Virus record (IMG/VR): IMGVR_UViG_2889049205_000001
Location: 32,001 to 96,000 of that record
From: a virus
Taxonomy: Duplodnaviria; Caudoviricetes
DNA length: 64,000 nucleotides
Direction: 5' to 3' (one strand)
Shown here: piece after piece, positions 22,101 through 30,263 of the stretch
Layout: each line of letters begins with the position of its first letter
Position numbering within the stretch: the stretch's first letter is position 1
Translations under genes and position numbers: made by a program
Notes under the pieces: model-generated
The model's database searches: none
What the model was told of the DNA's origin: nothing
What the model saw: only the letters and a program-made list of their open reading frames with translations

Positions 22101-23109
22101 AATATCGCCCCTTCATAACACCTTTGCCGCCGAACTCTTGATGGAAGTCAACCGGGTTGGCGTAAGCTGTCTGCAGTACCCGGAAATAGTCCACATGATT
22201 TTGAGGGCGGGCAATGGTCTGGCCAGTCTTCTTGCCGAACCGGTCCAGTGTCTCCAAGTCGAAGTTCTCCCCGTTGTAGGAGAAGAATGTCTGATCGGCG
22301 TGGCCTTGAACGAAGGTACGGTATTTACGCATCTGGTTGGCGACGGAATGCTTGTCACTCAGGCCGACAAGGTTGTTATAGCCGGACTGGATATGATCCC
22401 GATACATGTCGAAATTGAGAATGAATTTCTGATAACTGTACCGACCATTCATATCCTCAAGGCTCTTGATGATCGTATTATGCGAAAGCGTAGACTCGTT
22501 TAGGTTCGCTGCCTGCAGACCGGCTCCCGAGAGTGTCGAGTAGCGCATAAGGTTAACGATGGATCGGCGCTCAGCGTCGCTCATGTTGTTGAAAGCGAAT
22601 TTGTCCATTTTGATCCGGCGGATCAGAGAATCCAGATAGAGCTGGCTTTCTTTGTCCGGCTTGACTAGGAGGCTCAATTGCCGCCGGTTGTCGGCTTTGA
22701 AAAGTCCATCTTTGGTCTTTTGGAAACCCTGAATCGCAATCTCTGGAACGTGCAGGCCTTTTCCTGATGCTTCATCCCCGAGAGACTCGATATCGAAGGC
22801 GTAAAATACGTTGCTCTGCCCGCTCATGAACTTCTGGAATGCCTCAACCTGCTTTTGTCCCAGCTGCTGATGTGGGCTGCTGAAGTTCTTCAAAATAACA
22901 CTACCGCTCGACTTGATCGTTTTCTGATCCAAGATCGGAGTGTCGTTGATGGCACTTAGTACCCGACTGACCCGATCCTCTCGAGTCGGGTCGTTATCGT
23001 ATGATGCCTTTCGGGTTGCATGGAATGACGATAGCAGCGACCATTGCTGTGAAGCAGGGGTGGCCATCGGAATCCCTGTATTGTCAAAACCGTTTATTTT
23101 GTCATTCAT
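16186..23109 (-). CDS. Putative single-chain two-barrel RNA polymerase fused to an N-terminal DEDDh exonuclease; probably virion-associated
   Basis: Motifs in order: RPNAIQSQ, GVNLKVAY, YEQQAVI, KLSFAGEKG, ISPNPAKR, GTSIGHREM (beta-like); SGTG, IRYPSKH, GDADGDQ (beta'-like); IGTISN, IDAAK. N-terminal FDIES, YNGENFD, HAAIAD. Confidence 0.8.
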   Translation of the reverse strand: MNDKINGFDNTGIPMATPASQQWSLLSSFHATRKASYDNDPTREDRVSRVLSAINDTPILDQKTIKSSGSVILKNFSSPHQQLGQKQVEAFQKFMSGQSNVFYAFDIESLGDEASGKGLHVPEIAIQGFQKTKDGLFKADNRRQLSLLVKPDKESQLYLDSLIRRIKMDKFAFNNMSDAERRSIVNLMRYSTLSGAGLQAANLNESTLSHNTIIKSLEDMNGRYSYQKFILNFDMYRDHIQSGYNNLVGLSDKHSVANQMRKYRTFVQGHADQTFFSYNGENFDLETLDRFGKKTGQTIARPQNHVDYFRVLQTAYANPVDFHQEFGGKGVMKGRYFQQGYLSMHEVRRTLGIDGDDAHAAIADVDERGLGGVINKTLPKVHNKINAAKNRGAMEGMNIRPSEFTWNKKEVLKKGDKLFASNGYAAYGDDNLDFQARLEDGKMAMHDVSWNRTVINARTLYTVNGVRELTDDKGVINGHVLELFDSDNDRYSYVTRQGPNSMHQIAQFVQSRFHNVNGMSKDEQAEIRRIRETDLARRRYERMSSLSGAGGESRTAGFDAAKRMYENTEHYEKRLGAKQKNIAAKAQALALAEYSSMGSTDPNVLNSLYSKYEAQIRAEVEPYRSNDSYRSMLDFNSKPVGFANGQLQWGHNIDEEKLFYRMAPRLRSERPVFQEAIRTIEQQIPILDSMTSSERAAARQQRDIAWRLYTQGVSRDDAAGRHVGAREMASWENRGFRLNVDGDERFFSMQSVQQTERAIRRYIQQDDSNNPLTQQHRMTQFINGLHENGLIGSELQKRYGIIAQSNGQINDTVVRIAMDLHSKNIPLESPETTSLEARDMSRITGARNQSIVGEAIRKTLSYQGQAFTMGGKVNLHADAEMFFESLETNHLSGLKANNRGAVESVLQSLNNSGRNIMYDLSVNQDINSPMAKITVYKPQYSTSVREALLEGKTHPRAVEILIPLINQDGMQVLNKQRMIAHTVAVWEKEQDGKGSAVRKSTAEIIGMRYAHGMDGILSALDEDDYEKASYRSNRTLRDSISNLAGGQRDIYNFNDTYDWSGNKSDFMKQSHINVMPAMLHSMLESKELSEGDLNDSAFYYDSKDRSRKVKQLLTIDDVNMSKQFQIRMGMSDWNNRVRWDGGTPNLYVSSVKDGRVQQGSMSTMDMRDMTLYGHYTNMGRPNAIQSQNMYMISDEVAGRLSKIDAYANFNPMVETEINAAYRSEQEGKGRPTRTGVNLKVAYITNEELHKRVTDLQNTEQGRGLLRSEGILVNRGGKEVVDPRRIPTVYEQQAVIAKELMDSMSVTDQDFYDKGNGTFQWHKDFASNGAAARGSDFVVGGQGLEGAAVRPGDVIGRKWVDGAWEDVRHDNRYAGKLVGTGSQVFGVEWSEKPFKLSFAGEKGTDAITPSLRFIEAITGDKGISAMISPNPAKRADFGMMMEGYAKTIIDHVMNQDRKKRDQLLEQIDFGRIGLEFKNGSFMDVSRQAPIDIEDFHKIANQVGAKLQTNTGLFTGILETRMMHNRQYYKSVDGTGRSVIGNANDGSKVYANGLDGTSIGHREMRYLRRSGATQTYEHIWNVMEKQNRFEQSDVKNLAHTIKALVDPDAPEMQPYKDRILQGHEFAFMPEVELDQNTVKHTIMDRQAVAHNLGIDQRDLGHGFWLGLPEEVDININGKNSPAVKTNKIFVPFMQLQGDGQSDLVHLNKLQRQIANINDSIKKYGEAKSKTGRDSALKHMRDIQRNVNSYVNQLGTDTLTSKGMAGERALKAQMPSSGTGTLKLLGPEASAMLGEEMTFISTQQAKDMGIYEHIIGQQHVGTAAESDILSDWNRQQNKNVLTIRYPSKHESAVQFTRIAIDPKLKTGNVLTTAFTGDQLEGDADGDQLHMVYVDEDNVQKEWAALKDKRAAEFMGGYSSWGDYLTQEGNKKLSTSGRNYDLREAVKSYSGQDTTVIRPMEPNLPNEMANKIGKTQIGTISNLNSAIQDFAEHTYGTGSNEYKFLSKFGSTLEQKGIDAAKDGVVITEDMKSPVSEFRSAFLASDWNKVRRIDQESYGGMWSREHGLDEAIGLLDKPRNLNGNLANSGFRVGTSSGINVENEGLRRVHDTIFGNLEEGDRVSSNEFTRMFGRMKRGVGAAPEPDIDPTIPNVEPELDPTNVMGSEARGKRAGAIPEMMHDLTGGWIPENIFNGPNGSRNKKIALLGGLALGGVMGYNILSNDTGPVPPPPPPQAAPVPQSPLPPIGGPSSGAHVSISARGQGNQQQGLSSLVQEGMRRSGYQGQSNMTVNYSDNTNNLSRLWYRDKVEQHM

Positions 23110-23120
23110 ATCCCCACATC

Positions 23121-26100
23121 CTAAACAATGGAATCCATATTGTACTTCAGGTACGAGTCGATCTCACGGCTCCGGTCTTCTTGATAGTCCATATTGATTC
23201 GGGATCCACCGTCACTGGCCGGAGTCACGGTCACTTGCACGTCCCATAGACCCTGACCATTCAGAACTTCTCGGATGTTGCGCTGCATGTCCCTGTATCC
23301 TCTAAAGTTGCTTTTGCCCGGACCGTTTCCACCTTCGTACATGTCCGGCAGCATGGCAGCCGACTGGACATCATCATCCCAGAAGTTGTAGTCGCTCAAA
23401 TCGATGCCTGCATCTTGAACAGCTTTTACCTGGTAATCTTCCAGGTTTACGTCCGGCTGCCAGCCGACCCAATTCTCATCAGGCAAGAACTTATCCTTGA
23501 AGTATTCTTCCAGTGGAACTTGATCCTCCAGCTCGTAACCCCAAAGGGCTTTGAGGACCCGTCCTTCGTTGTCCGGAACCAGATCCAAAATCCGCTGCTG
23601 ATCTTGAAGTCTGGCTTCTGCGAACTCATTGAAGAACCATTTATCCTTATATGGCATGGACCGCATGACCTTCATCCGGTCTTCGTAAGGATCGACGGCG
23701 TAGAGAGTCGTTTCAGCCTGTTCCTTATAGTTCAGTGCTTGAAGCACGGCATTAGGCAGGTACATCTCGTCCCTATCTTCCGTGATTAAGTTGAGCTGTG
23801 CATTGATCTCAGCTTTTCGATCTTCCCATCCTGCAGGTTGGTTCAAGTAAAGGTTTCGTTTCTCGTCCTGCAGCTCTTGCCGCTTGGCCTTGTTCATTTC
23901 TTTTTTCATGTCCCGGTCGTTAGCGATCGCCTCAACATCAATTCCCTGCTGATGCAGCTCCTCCTTCGCCCTTTCGTACAGGCCGGAGAATTTCATATAT
24001 TTCAGAACATCGAAATACTCGTTGATGTCTTGCTCTTTACGGCGTCGTTCTGGAATCCAGGTTTCACCGGTCTGTGCCTCATGAGCTGATCGCCAAATAC
24101 TGCCGGCAGCGAAAGCGGCCGATGTGGCTCCCATGATCTTGAGATGCCGGAACCCGCTTTTTCCTCGTCCAAACATAAAAATGGCTGGAAGAGCTGAAAA
24201 CATGAGTCCCGCTCCAGCGGCGAACAACACATTACCACGGATACCGGATTGATAGGCTGGGACAACGTAGTCATCAACCATGAAGTTGTCCCACGTCGCC
24301 CAGTCCTTTCCATAGATGTGATCCCGCTCGTATTCTTCCAAAGCTGTTCGGACCGGGAGGAACTTGGAGTTGAGAAAGGTATCGGCGTGCGCCATGGTTT
24401 CCCACCGGCGTCCTTGCGCAATCTCGCCTTTTGTGAATCGGGCATGGACGCCTGCAGCCGTGAAATCCGTCTCATTCTCTCTCATCTGCCCGTTTCGAAT
24501 AATCGTTTGGTTAACATTTTCAAGCCCTTTGAAGACGACAGCTCGCATCGTATTATATGAATCGTCGGAGCTGCGTCTGGATGGATCAGCGCTGATCCCG
24601 ATCGTCACCTTGTCGCCAACCTTAAAGTAAGATTGGAGAACACCCTCAGCTTTGGCTTGATATTTCATGCCGGCAAGTCGAATCGGCGTATCCGGCATCT
24701 CCTCGGTAAGGAAGGTGTAATCATCAAGGAACTTAGACACCGTGACCTTTTGCTTCTCAATATCGTTGTCCTTGAACCGGTAATCCGTAAATTCATATTT
24801 CGCTTTTCGCTTGGATACCTGGTCCTTTATGATTGCAGCTTGTCGGCGCAGCTCTGTGTCCTTGTTGTTGTCCTCGACATAATCCTTCCAGTAGCGATAC
24901 TCGTCGCTCCACGGCGCCACGTCAGCCAGGATCTTGAACTTATCGAAAGCGCCATAGTTCCCTGTCTCATCCGGATGAAGTTGGTTTACTCGCTCATAGG
25001 CTTCGCCTGGGAGTCTGTACTCACCATGTGCAATCTTCTGGTACGGATCACCCGTCTGGAAGTTGATGAAATACCCGCCACCGGGCATCCAGTCTGGCAT
25101 CGTATTTCGGATCGGATTAAACGTATCGAGCTGGCCACTGTCTCTTCTGATAAAACGACGCATAATCTCGGATACATCGCCGCCAGCGCCGCCCAGGTTT
25201 GATTCCCAAAACGCATTGGAAATGTTGGTGGCCGCATCGGCTTTTTGAATGATCATCTTATTCTTGTAAGGATCTCCGCCAATCAGCTCTTCAGCTGCGT
25301 ATTTATAAATACCGAGCGGCTCTGTCCAGTTTTCAAAGGCTTCTTGACTCTGCCATTCGAGGCTCGTCGGGTCTTGCAGGTTCCGCAGTTTACGGTTGAC
25401 GACTTCCTGGCGATATACAAAATCTTGATCAAACATAGCCCGTGGCTTGGTGTCTACCGTTGGAACGGGCTCCGCAGCCATGGCGAACATTTTGTTGATT
25501 GGCATGTTTTGTTTGGCCACATTCGAAGGCACGTAGATGGTGCTACTCGTCGCCGCATCTTGCATGACATAGGCGCCGGTAGCCGATCCGTTATTATCCA
25601 GCTCATTGCTGATGAAGTACCTTGTCGGGTAGCTGCCGGCTTTAGATTCAGCGAGGCGGGCCTTGCCATCCTCAATGTTTGCCATGGCCTGACTGCTCAC
25701 AGTCTGCTGCGGCCGACTGCTGTCGAAATAGGCACCGTATTGGTCCGGGGTCGCTTGAACGACATGCTCCATTCGACCACCCGGCGACACCTTGGTTAAG
25801 ATCGGATCTGCCGGCCGTTCGGCCAATTGATCAGCCTGCTCCTGCACCAACACTGGATCACTCCAGTATTCAGTGTGCATCTGTCTAACTGGCTTCACGA
25901 CTTGGCCAAGCGCAGCGTTTCCGAGATCCCCAAAGACCATTGTGTTTGGGTTGAATAGCGATCCGGTAAGCATGTACGGCCGATCGTAATAGTGCTTGTT
26001 TTCCCACCAATATTTGTCCTCTTCGGAGTTGAACAAGTTGCGGGCAACGCCCAGCGGGTTCTCTAGTGTCGGGAACGCCGAGTGCTCCCAGCGCTCTTGC

Positions 26101-29057
26101 ATCGTAGAGGTCACGCTTGTGTACTCCCAGTCACTCATCGCAAGACGGTACGAGTTTGGTCTGAACTCAGTGATCCGCTCGCCCCGGTAAGCGCCCTTGG
26201 AGCCGAACAACCACCAGCGGCCTTTACGCACTTCGTCAGATCCGTTTTGGTAGTAATCGTACATTTCCTCTTGCGAATAGGCGTCTCGTTCATCTACCGG
26301 AGACCCGCCAGTTGCGATAAAGCCGGCAAGTCGGGTTGCGCTGGCTCGGCCAAACCCTGGAAGATATACTTCCGGACCGCCGCTGAAATGCTCTGCTCCT
26401 GGGTGGAGCATCATGCGTCGCTTGAGCACCTCGGTCTGACCAGTTGCATCACGGGCCGCCGCCTTGTTGAGCTCGGTTGTTGCCTTATATATTTCCCAGC
26501 GGTCTGAGATGCTCTGACCAGTTAACTGCTCGGACTTATCATCGATATAATCCGCATAGGTCGGGATCGCTACGACCGGCAGGAACCGCTTCAGCAGCAG
26601 TGAAGACCACATTTGCAGCCTATTCCCCATTGAAGCATCGGACAATCCCAGCCCTACGCTGCCAAGCGCATCTTGCAGACGGTATGGAATATAGGACATG
26701 TAAGCCGAGAACGTCGTATAATCTTCCATGTTGCGTCGCCCTGTTCTCGGGTCCCATTGTTTTGCGAAGTCCTTGATGCCGCTCCATGAGGAGAATTGAT
26801 TCATAAAACCATTTTCGAATGACATGTTAACGGCCAGGTAATCGTCACCGAACTCATTCACCGGCCGGCTGCCGGAGAACCGCTCCCACATTGGATTCGT
26901 CTTCTTGGTCATCCCAATGACGTGGGATCTAAATGCGGTGTCTCCTGTAAACAGGTTATTGACCCGCTCTAGTGCATCGTCGGTTGCCGAGTAGATCGTT
27001 CGACCTTCTCGAAGGAACTCATAATGCGCATAGAGGTCATTGGCTTCACGCATGTCTTTTCCACGGATGTCTCCACTTTTCTCGAGAGATCTCATAAGAT
27101 CACGGAAACCTTGCTTCGGCCCGGACTTCACTTCCATCATCTGACGGATGAGTTCCAAACTGACCTGCTGATTGATCTGATCCATACCGGTTTGAACCCT
27201 GGTATATTCGCCTGCCAGAAGGTTCGCCTCGCCGATCGGATTGATCCGGCCAAGCACGCCCTCTCGGTTCTGATCGAATTGCCGCCAGAGGTTCCGTATG
27301 CCTTCATTCGCACCTTTGGCCGCCGAATTGGATGATGAGAACGCACCGTTCCCTTGTGGAACTTTCATCTTCGGATTACCCAGGTACTCGAAGAGCTTGA
27401 GCATGTCATCGTCTCGGTTGAAGTTGATGTTGTTATCCTTGACGAATTTTTGGATATGCTGCGGCATATGGCTCTGGATCTGATTGAGCACACGAGGCGA
27501 AAAGCCGGATGTGTATTTCTCGAAATAACCACGGGCCTTGAAGAAGCCTTTGTAATCGACACCCTCTCGCACAGCCTTATCAATCATGTTCCGCTCCCAC
27601 TCCGGGTTGAAGAACTTGCCGGCGACACTGAACCATGCCTGCGCAGTGGTATCTTTGTTCTGATCGCCAAGGTCGAAGATCCGCTTAAACAGGTTTCGAT
27701 CTTTTCCTTCACTGCCCATGCCCGCTGTAGCACGAACCATCCGTGCCTGCGTGCCGAATTGTGATGAGGTCAGTCGGACCTTACGCTTCTTGTTAAGAAT
27801 TTCAAGGGGCTCATCTGCAGCTCCATTGTCGAAGAGGTTGTAGAAGCGGCCATTGAAATACATAGCTTCTTCCTTGAGCGTCTCATTGTTAGCCAGCCCC
27901 CTTTGCGCATTGAGGATTGGCTGGATGCCGCCTCGGTTAAACATCCGGAAAGGAGTATCTCGTCTAGCCTTCCTCGCATTCAGCACATCCCGCACATGGC
28001 CAATCCCGCCGAATATGGTCGGCGACCACCACTCCATCGTCCGTTCCTTAATGTCGTCAAAGGTTTTGTAGTCGAAGAAGTCATGTGCTTTGCCATCAGC
28101 ATTGATGCGGACATACAAATGCTCGTCGAATACGGCTTGTCCGAACTTCTGGTTGTTCGATCGGATACGCTCCAGGTTGATCTTCGTATCCGTGTCGATT
28201 TTCATGCGTCCGGAGCTGTTAAGCTCCAGGATATCATCGATTGTCGCTTGACGGTGGCCACGAATGGCCTCTTTAATGCCGCCTTGTTTGCGAGTGAGCT
28301 CATGCATTTCGCTCATGGCCAGGTCACGGAATTTACGCTGCATCCGATCAACACGAGCCTGCATCTGCTGTCCCTGCTGGTTGACGTTAAAGTTCCGGTG
28401 TGCTGCTCTTGCTTGGATTACCGCATCCTGAATGCTCTTATCCTCAATGCCTCCATGCTTTGCTAACGTCGCCCGGATCTCCCGGTCATGCGCATACTTC
28501 AATGAGAAATTGCCTTTGCTGATGTTACTGCGCTTGTGGAAGGCGGTGGTCACTTTATTAACGGTGTCTTCCGATAGTCCATGCTTACTACGCAAGTCAT
28601 CCATGATGGCATTGAACCGCATGCCTTCTTCGATATGCGAAGGAATCTCCCGGTCCACGAAGTTGTTCATTTGGCGGACGATCCGCTGCATATCGTATTC
28701 CCGATGAGTGCCCTGACGCATGGCTTCTGCCCGCTCCTGCACATTTGTACGGTAACGCTCACGGAACTCTCCATTTCGATGGACCACGTTCATCATGCCC
28801 CGGCCGTCCATCATGGCGACTTCCTCTGCAGCCTGCCGGGCAGCCTTGCCTTGCACCTCGATAAATTGTGCCATTCTGCGCATACCGCCCGTCCGGTGAG
28901 CAAGCGTCATAGCAATAGCACCAATTCCTACGCCAATTCCAACTTTGGCCAGCATCGGCATCTCCTGGCGTTCATCTTCAGATGCCAGGAATCGAGACAT
29001 CGGCCTAGTGTCTCGATCCAAGTATGCGGAAAACTGATTCTCTTGATCTTCTGGCAT
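23121..29057 (-). CDS. Tape-measure-position giant protein with hydrophobic segments and a degenerate SNase-like domain
   Basis: ~1978 aa, start MPEDQ behind GAGGTG. Follows the tail chaperones. Hydrophobic helices near the N-terminus and in the C-terminal third. Confidence 0.6.
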   Translation of the reverse strand: MPEDQENQFSAYLDRDTRPMSRFLASEDERQEMPMLAKVGIGVGIGAIAMTLAHRTGGMRRMAQFIEVQGKAARQAAEEVAMMDGRGMMNVVHRNGEFRERYRTNVQERAEAMRQGTHREYDMQRIVRQMNNFVDREIPSHIEEGMRFNAIMDDLRSKHGLSEDTVNKVTTAFHKRSNISKGNFSLKYAHDREIRATLAKHGGIEDKSIQDAVIQARAAHRNFNVNQQGQQMQARVDRMQRKFRDLAMSEMHELTRKQGGIKEAIRGHRQATIDDILELNSSGRMKIDTDTKINLERIRSNNQKFGQAVFDEHLYVRINADGKAHDFFDYKTFDDIKERTMEWWSPTIFGGIGHVRDVLNARKARRDTPFRMFNRGGIQPILNAQRGLANNETLKEEAMYFNGRFYNLFDNGAADEPLEILNKKRKVRLTSSQFGTQARMVRATAGMGSEGKDRNLFKRIFDLGDQNKDTTAQAWFSVAGKFFNPEWERNMIDKAVREGVDYKGFFKARGYFEKYTSGFSPRVLNQIQSHMPQHIQKFVKDNNINFNRDDDMLKLFEYLGNPKMKVPQGNGAFSSSNSAAKGANEGIRNLWRQFDQNREGVLGRINPIGEANLLAGEYTRVQTGMDQINQQVSLELIRQMMEVKSGPKQGFRDLMRSLEKSGDIRGKDMREANDLYAHYEFLREGRTIYSATDDALERVNNLFTGDTAFRSHVIGMTKKTNPMWERFSGSRPVNEFGDDYLAVNMSFENGFMNQFSSWSGIKDFAKQWDPRTGRRNMEDYTTFSAYMSYIPYRLQDALGSVGLGLSDASMGNRLQMWSSLLLKRFLPVVAIPTYADYIDDKSEQLTGQSISDRWEIYKATTELNKAAARDATGQTEVLKRRMMLHPGAEHFSGGPEVYLPGFGRASATRLAGFIATGGSPVDERDAYSQEEMYDYYQNGSDEVRKGRWWLFGSKGAYRGERITEFRPNSYRLAMSDWEYTSVTSTMQERWEHSAFPTLENPLGVARNLFNSEEDKYWWENKHYYDRPYMLTGSLFNPNTMVFGDLGNAALGQVVKPVRQMHTEYWSDPVLVQEQADQLAERPADPILTKVSPGGRMEHVVQATPDQYGAYFDSSRPQQTVSSQAMANIEDGKARLAESKAGSYPTRYFISNELDNNGSATGAYVMQDAATSSTIYVPSNVAKQNMPINKMFAMAAEPVPTVDTKPRAMFDQDFVYRQEVVNRKLRNLQDPTSLEWQSQEAFENWTEPLGIYKYAAEELIGGDPYKNKMIIQKADAATNISNAFWESNLGGAGGDVSEIMRRFIRRDSGQLDTFNPIRNTMPDWMPGGGYFINFQTGDPYQKIAHGEYRLPGEAYERVNQLHPDETGNYGAFDKFKILADVAPWSDEYRYWKDYVEDNNKDTELRRQAAIIKDQVSKRKAKYEFTDYRFKDNDIEKQKVTVSKFLDDYTFLTEEMPDTPIRLAGMKYQAKAEGVLQSYFKVGDKVTIGISADPSRRSSDDSYNTMRAVVFKGLENVNQTIIRNGQMRENETDFTAAGVHARFTKGEIAQGRRWETMAHADTFLNSKFLPVRTALEEYERDHIYGKDWATWDNFMVDDYVVPAYQSGIRGNVLFAAGAGLMFSALPAIFMFGRGKSGFRHLKIMGATSAAFAAGSIWRSAHEAQTGETWIPERRRKEQDINEYFDVLKYMKFSGLYERAKEELHQQGIDVEAIANDRDMKKEMNKAKRQELQDEKRNLYLNQPAGWEDRKAEINAQLNLITEDRDEMYLPNAVLQALNYKEQAETTLYAVDPYEDRMKVMRSMPYKDKWFFNEFAEARLQDQQRILDLVPDNEGRVLKALWGYELEDQVPLEEYFKDKFLPDENWVGWQPDVNLEDYQVKAVQDAGIDLSDYNFWDDDVQSAAMLPDMYEGGNGPGKSNFRGYRDMQRNIREVLNGQGLWDVQVTVTPASDGGSRINMDYQEDRSREIDSYLKYNMDSIV

Positions 29058-29071
29058 CTGTTGCACCTCGC

Positions 29072-29215
29072 TTATGGCAATGGGCAGCCGGCTTTTTCAT
29101 ACCAGATCTGGAAGAAGATCTCCCAGGCATCTTGAATGCACCATCTGCCCTCTCCGTATTTTCGATTCACCCTGGGGTCCTTATAGATCAGCGATATCTG
29201 CTCATGTAACTGCAT
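29072..29215 (-). CDS. Small hypothetical protein (47 aa)
   Basis: Hand translation MQLHEQISLIYKDPRVNRKYGEGRWCIQDAWEIFFQIWYEKAGCPLP. Fills the gap tightly but has no clear RBS. Confidence 0.4.
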   Translation of the reverse strand: MQLHEQISLIYKDPRVNRKYGEGRWCIQDAWEIFFQIWYEKAGCPLP

Positions 29216-29216
29216 A

Positions 29217-29363
29217 TTAAACTTTGTCCGTCAAAACCCATAGTTCACCTTTTTCGTTTAGTTCTTTCATAAGTGGTTCAGCTTCTTGACGGGTATCAAA
29301 AACTTGCTCCTTACGTTTACCGCCAGTTAACCAAATTACCTTAACTTTTTTCGACAAGACCAT
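29217..29363 (-). CDS. Small AT-rich hypothetical protein (46-48 aa)
   Basis: MVLSKKVKVIWLTGGKRKEQVFDTRQEAEPLMKELNEKGELWVLTDKV, with a GAGGTG RBS. Confidence 0.6.
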   Translation of the reverse strand: MVLSKKVKVIWLTGGKRKEQVFDTRQEAEPLMKELNEKGELWVLTDKV

Positions 29364-29383
29364 CACCTCATATCCTTCGTTAT

Positions 29384-30205
29384 TCAATCAAATTCCCCTT
29401 TCAGCTGCTCTTCGGATGTGAACCACGACAGCTCAGGGAACATGTCGCCTGCGGGATTATTCTCTCTGGCCGGGTCAATCTGCTGCCCGCCTTGCGGGTG
29501 ACTGGCCATGGATTGCGTTAGCATGCGCATGGTTTCTTCCTCGGAGAGCTGGCTGCGCTGCGGTCCATTTCCCCGTTCTACTGGCCGACGTGGTGCGGGA
29601 GGTTCCTCCGGACGTGCCAGCGGCGAGTTCATTGCTCGCTCTTGTGGCGACATCATCGGCTGCTTTTGTGGCTGTGGCTGTTGTGGCGGCTGCTGCCCTT
29701 TTTGCTGAGCCAAAATAGCTTGTGCCTGCTGGTCAATTGGAATGATAGGGATCCCTCTTAACACCTGCAGCACATACTCGGCTCTGGCCGCATGCCACAT
29801 CGTTTTTGGAACAGTCCAATTTCCGATGTCCTCGATCTTGTATTCTGGGAAGGCTTCTTTGATGAGGCAATCTACTTGATTGTCGAATACCATCATCTCT
29901 TCTCGGAACTCATTTAGGATCTGCTGCGCCTGACCCATATGTAGACCCGATGCATCCAGGATCAAGTCGCATAGTGTTTCTGCGAAGCCGGCCCTGCCAT
30001 GTCCGAAATCAAAGTCAGCTGGCTCGAGCATGGCTGCTGCACAGATCGCTTCCTGAAAGTCTCCGATCGGCAAATCCTGAATAATAACCTGGCGATACTC
30101 TTCCCGGCCCAGCGGGCGAAAATAGAACTCGAACTCCAGCACAGGAACTTTATAGACGTCGTCATATTTATTCTTCCATTTTTGAATCTGCCGACTAGTA
30201 GCCAT
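29384..30205 (-). CDS. Tail assembly chaperone-like protein
   Basis: WK.KY..VY......F.FRPL.R.EY motif, paralogous to the neighbouring gene; Q/P-rich tail. Confidence 0.6.
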   Translation of the reverse strand: MATSRQIQKWKNKYDDVYKVPVLEFEFYFRPLGREEYRQVIIQDLPIGDFQEAICAAAMLEPADFDFGHGRAGFAETLCDLILDASGLHMGQAQQILNEFREEMMVFDNQVDCLIKEAFPEYKIEDIGNWTVPKTMWHAARAEYVLQVLRGIPIIPIDQQAQAILAQQKGQQPPQQPQPQKQPMMSPQERAMNSPLARPEEPPAPRRPVERGNGPQRSQLSEEETMRMLTQSMASHPQGGQQIDPARENNPAGDMFPELSWFTSEEQLKGEFD

Positions 30206-30263
30206 GGATACACCTCTTTACATAGACAACAAGCAGGACGTAATGCCCTGCTCGCTGTGGTTC

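Noticed and set aside
16186-23109. Calling the 2307-aa protein a tape measure protein because of size and position
   Set aside because: Ordered RNAP and DEDDh catalytic motifs argue for an enzyme; the upstream ~1980-aa gene occupies the tape-measure position.
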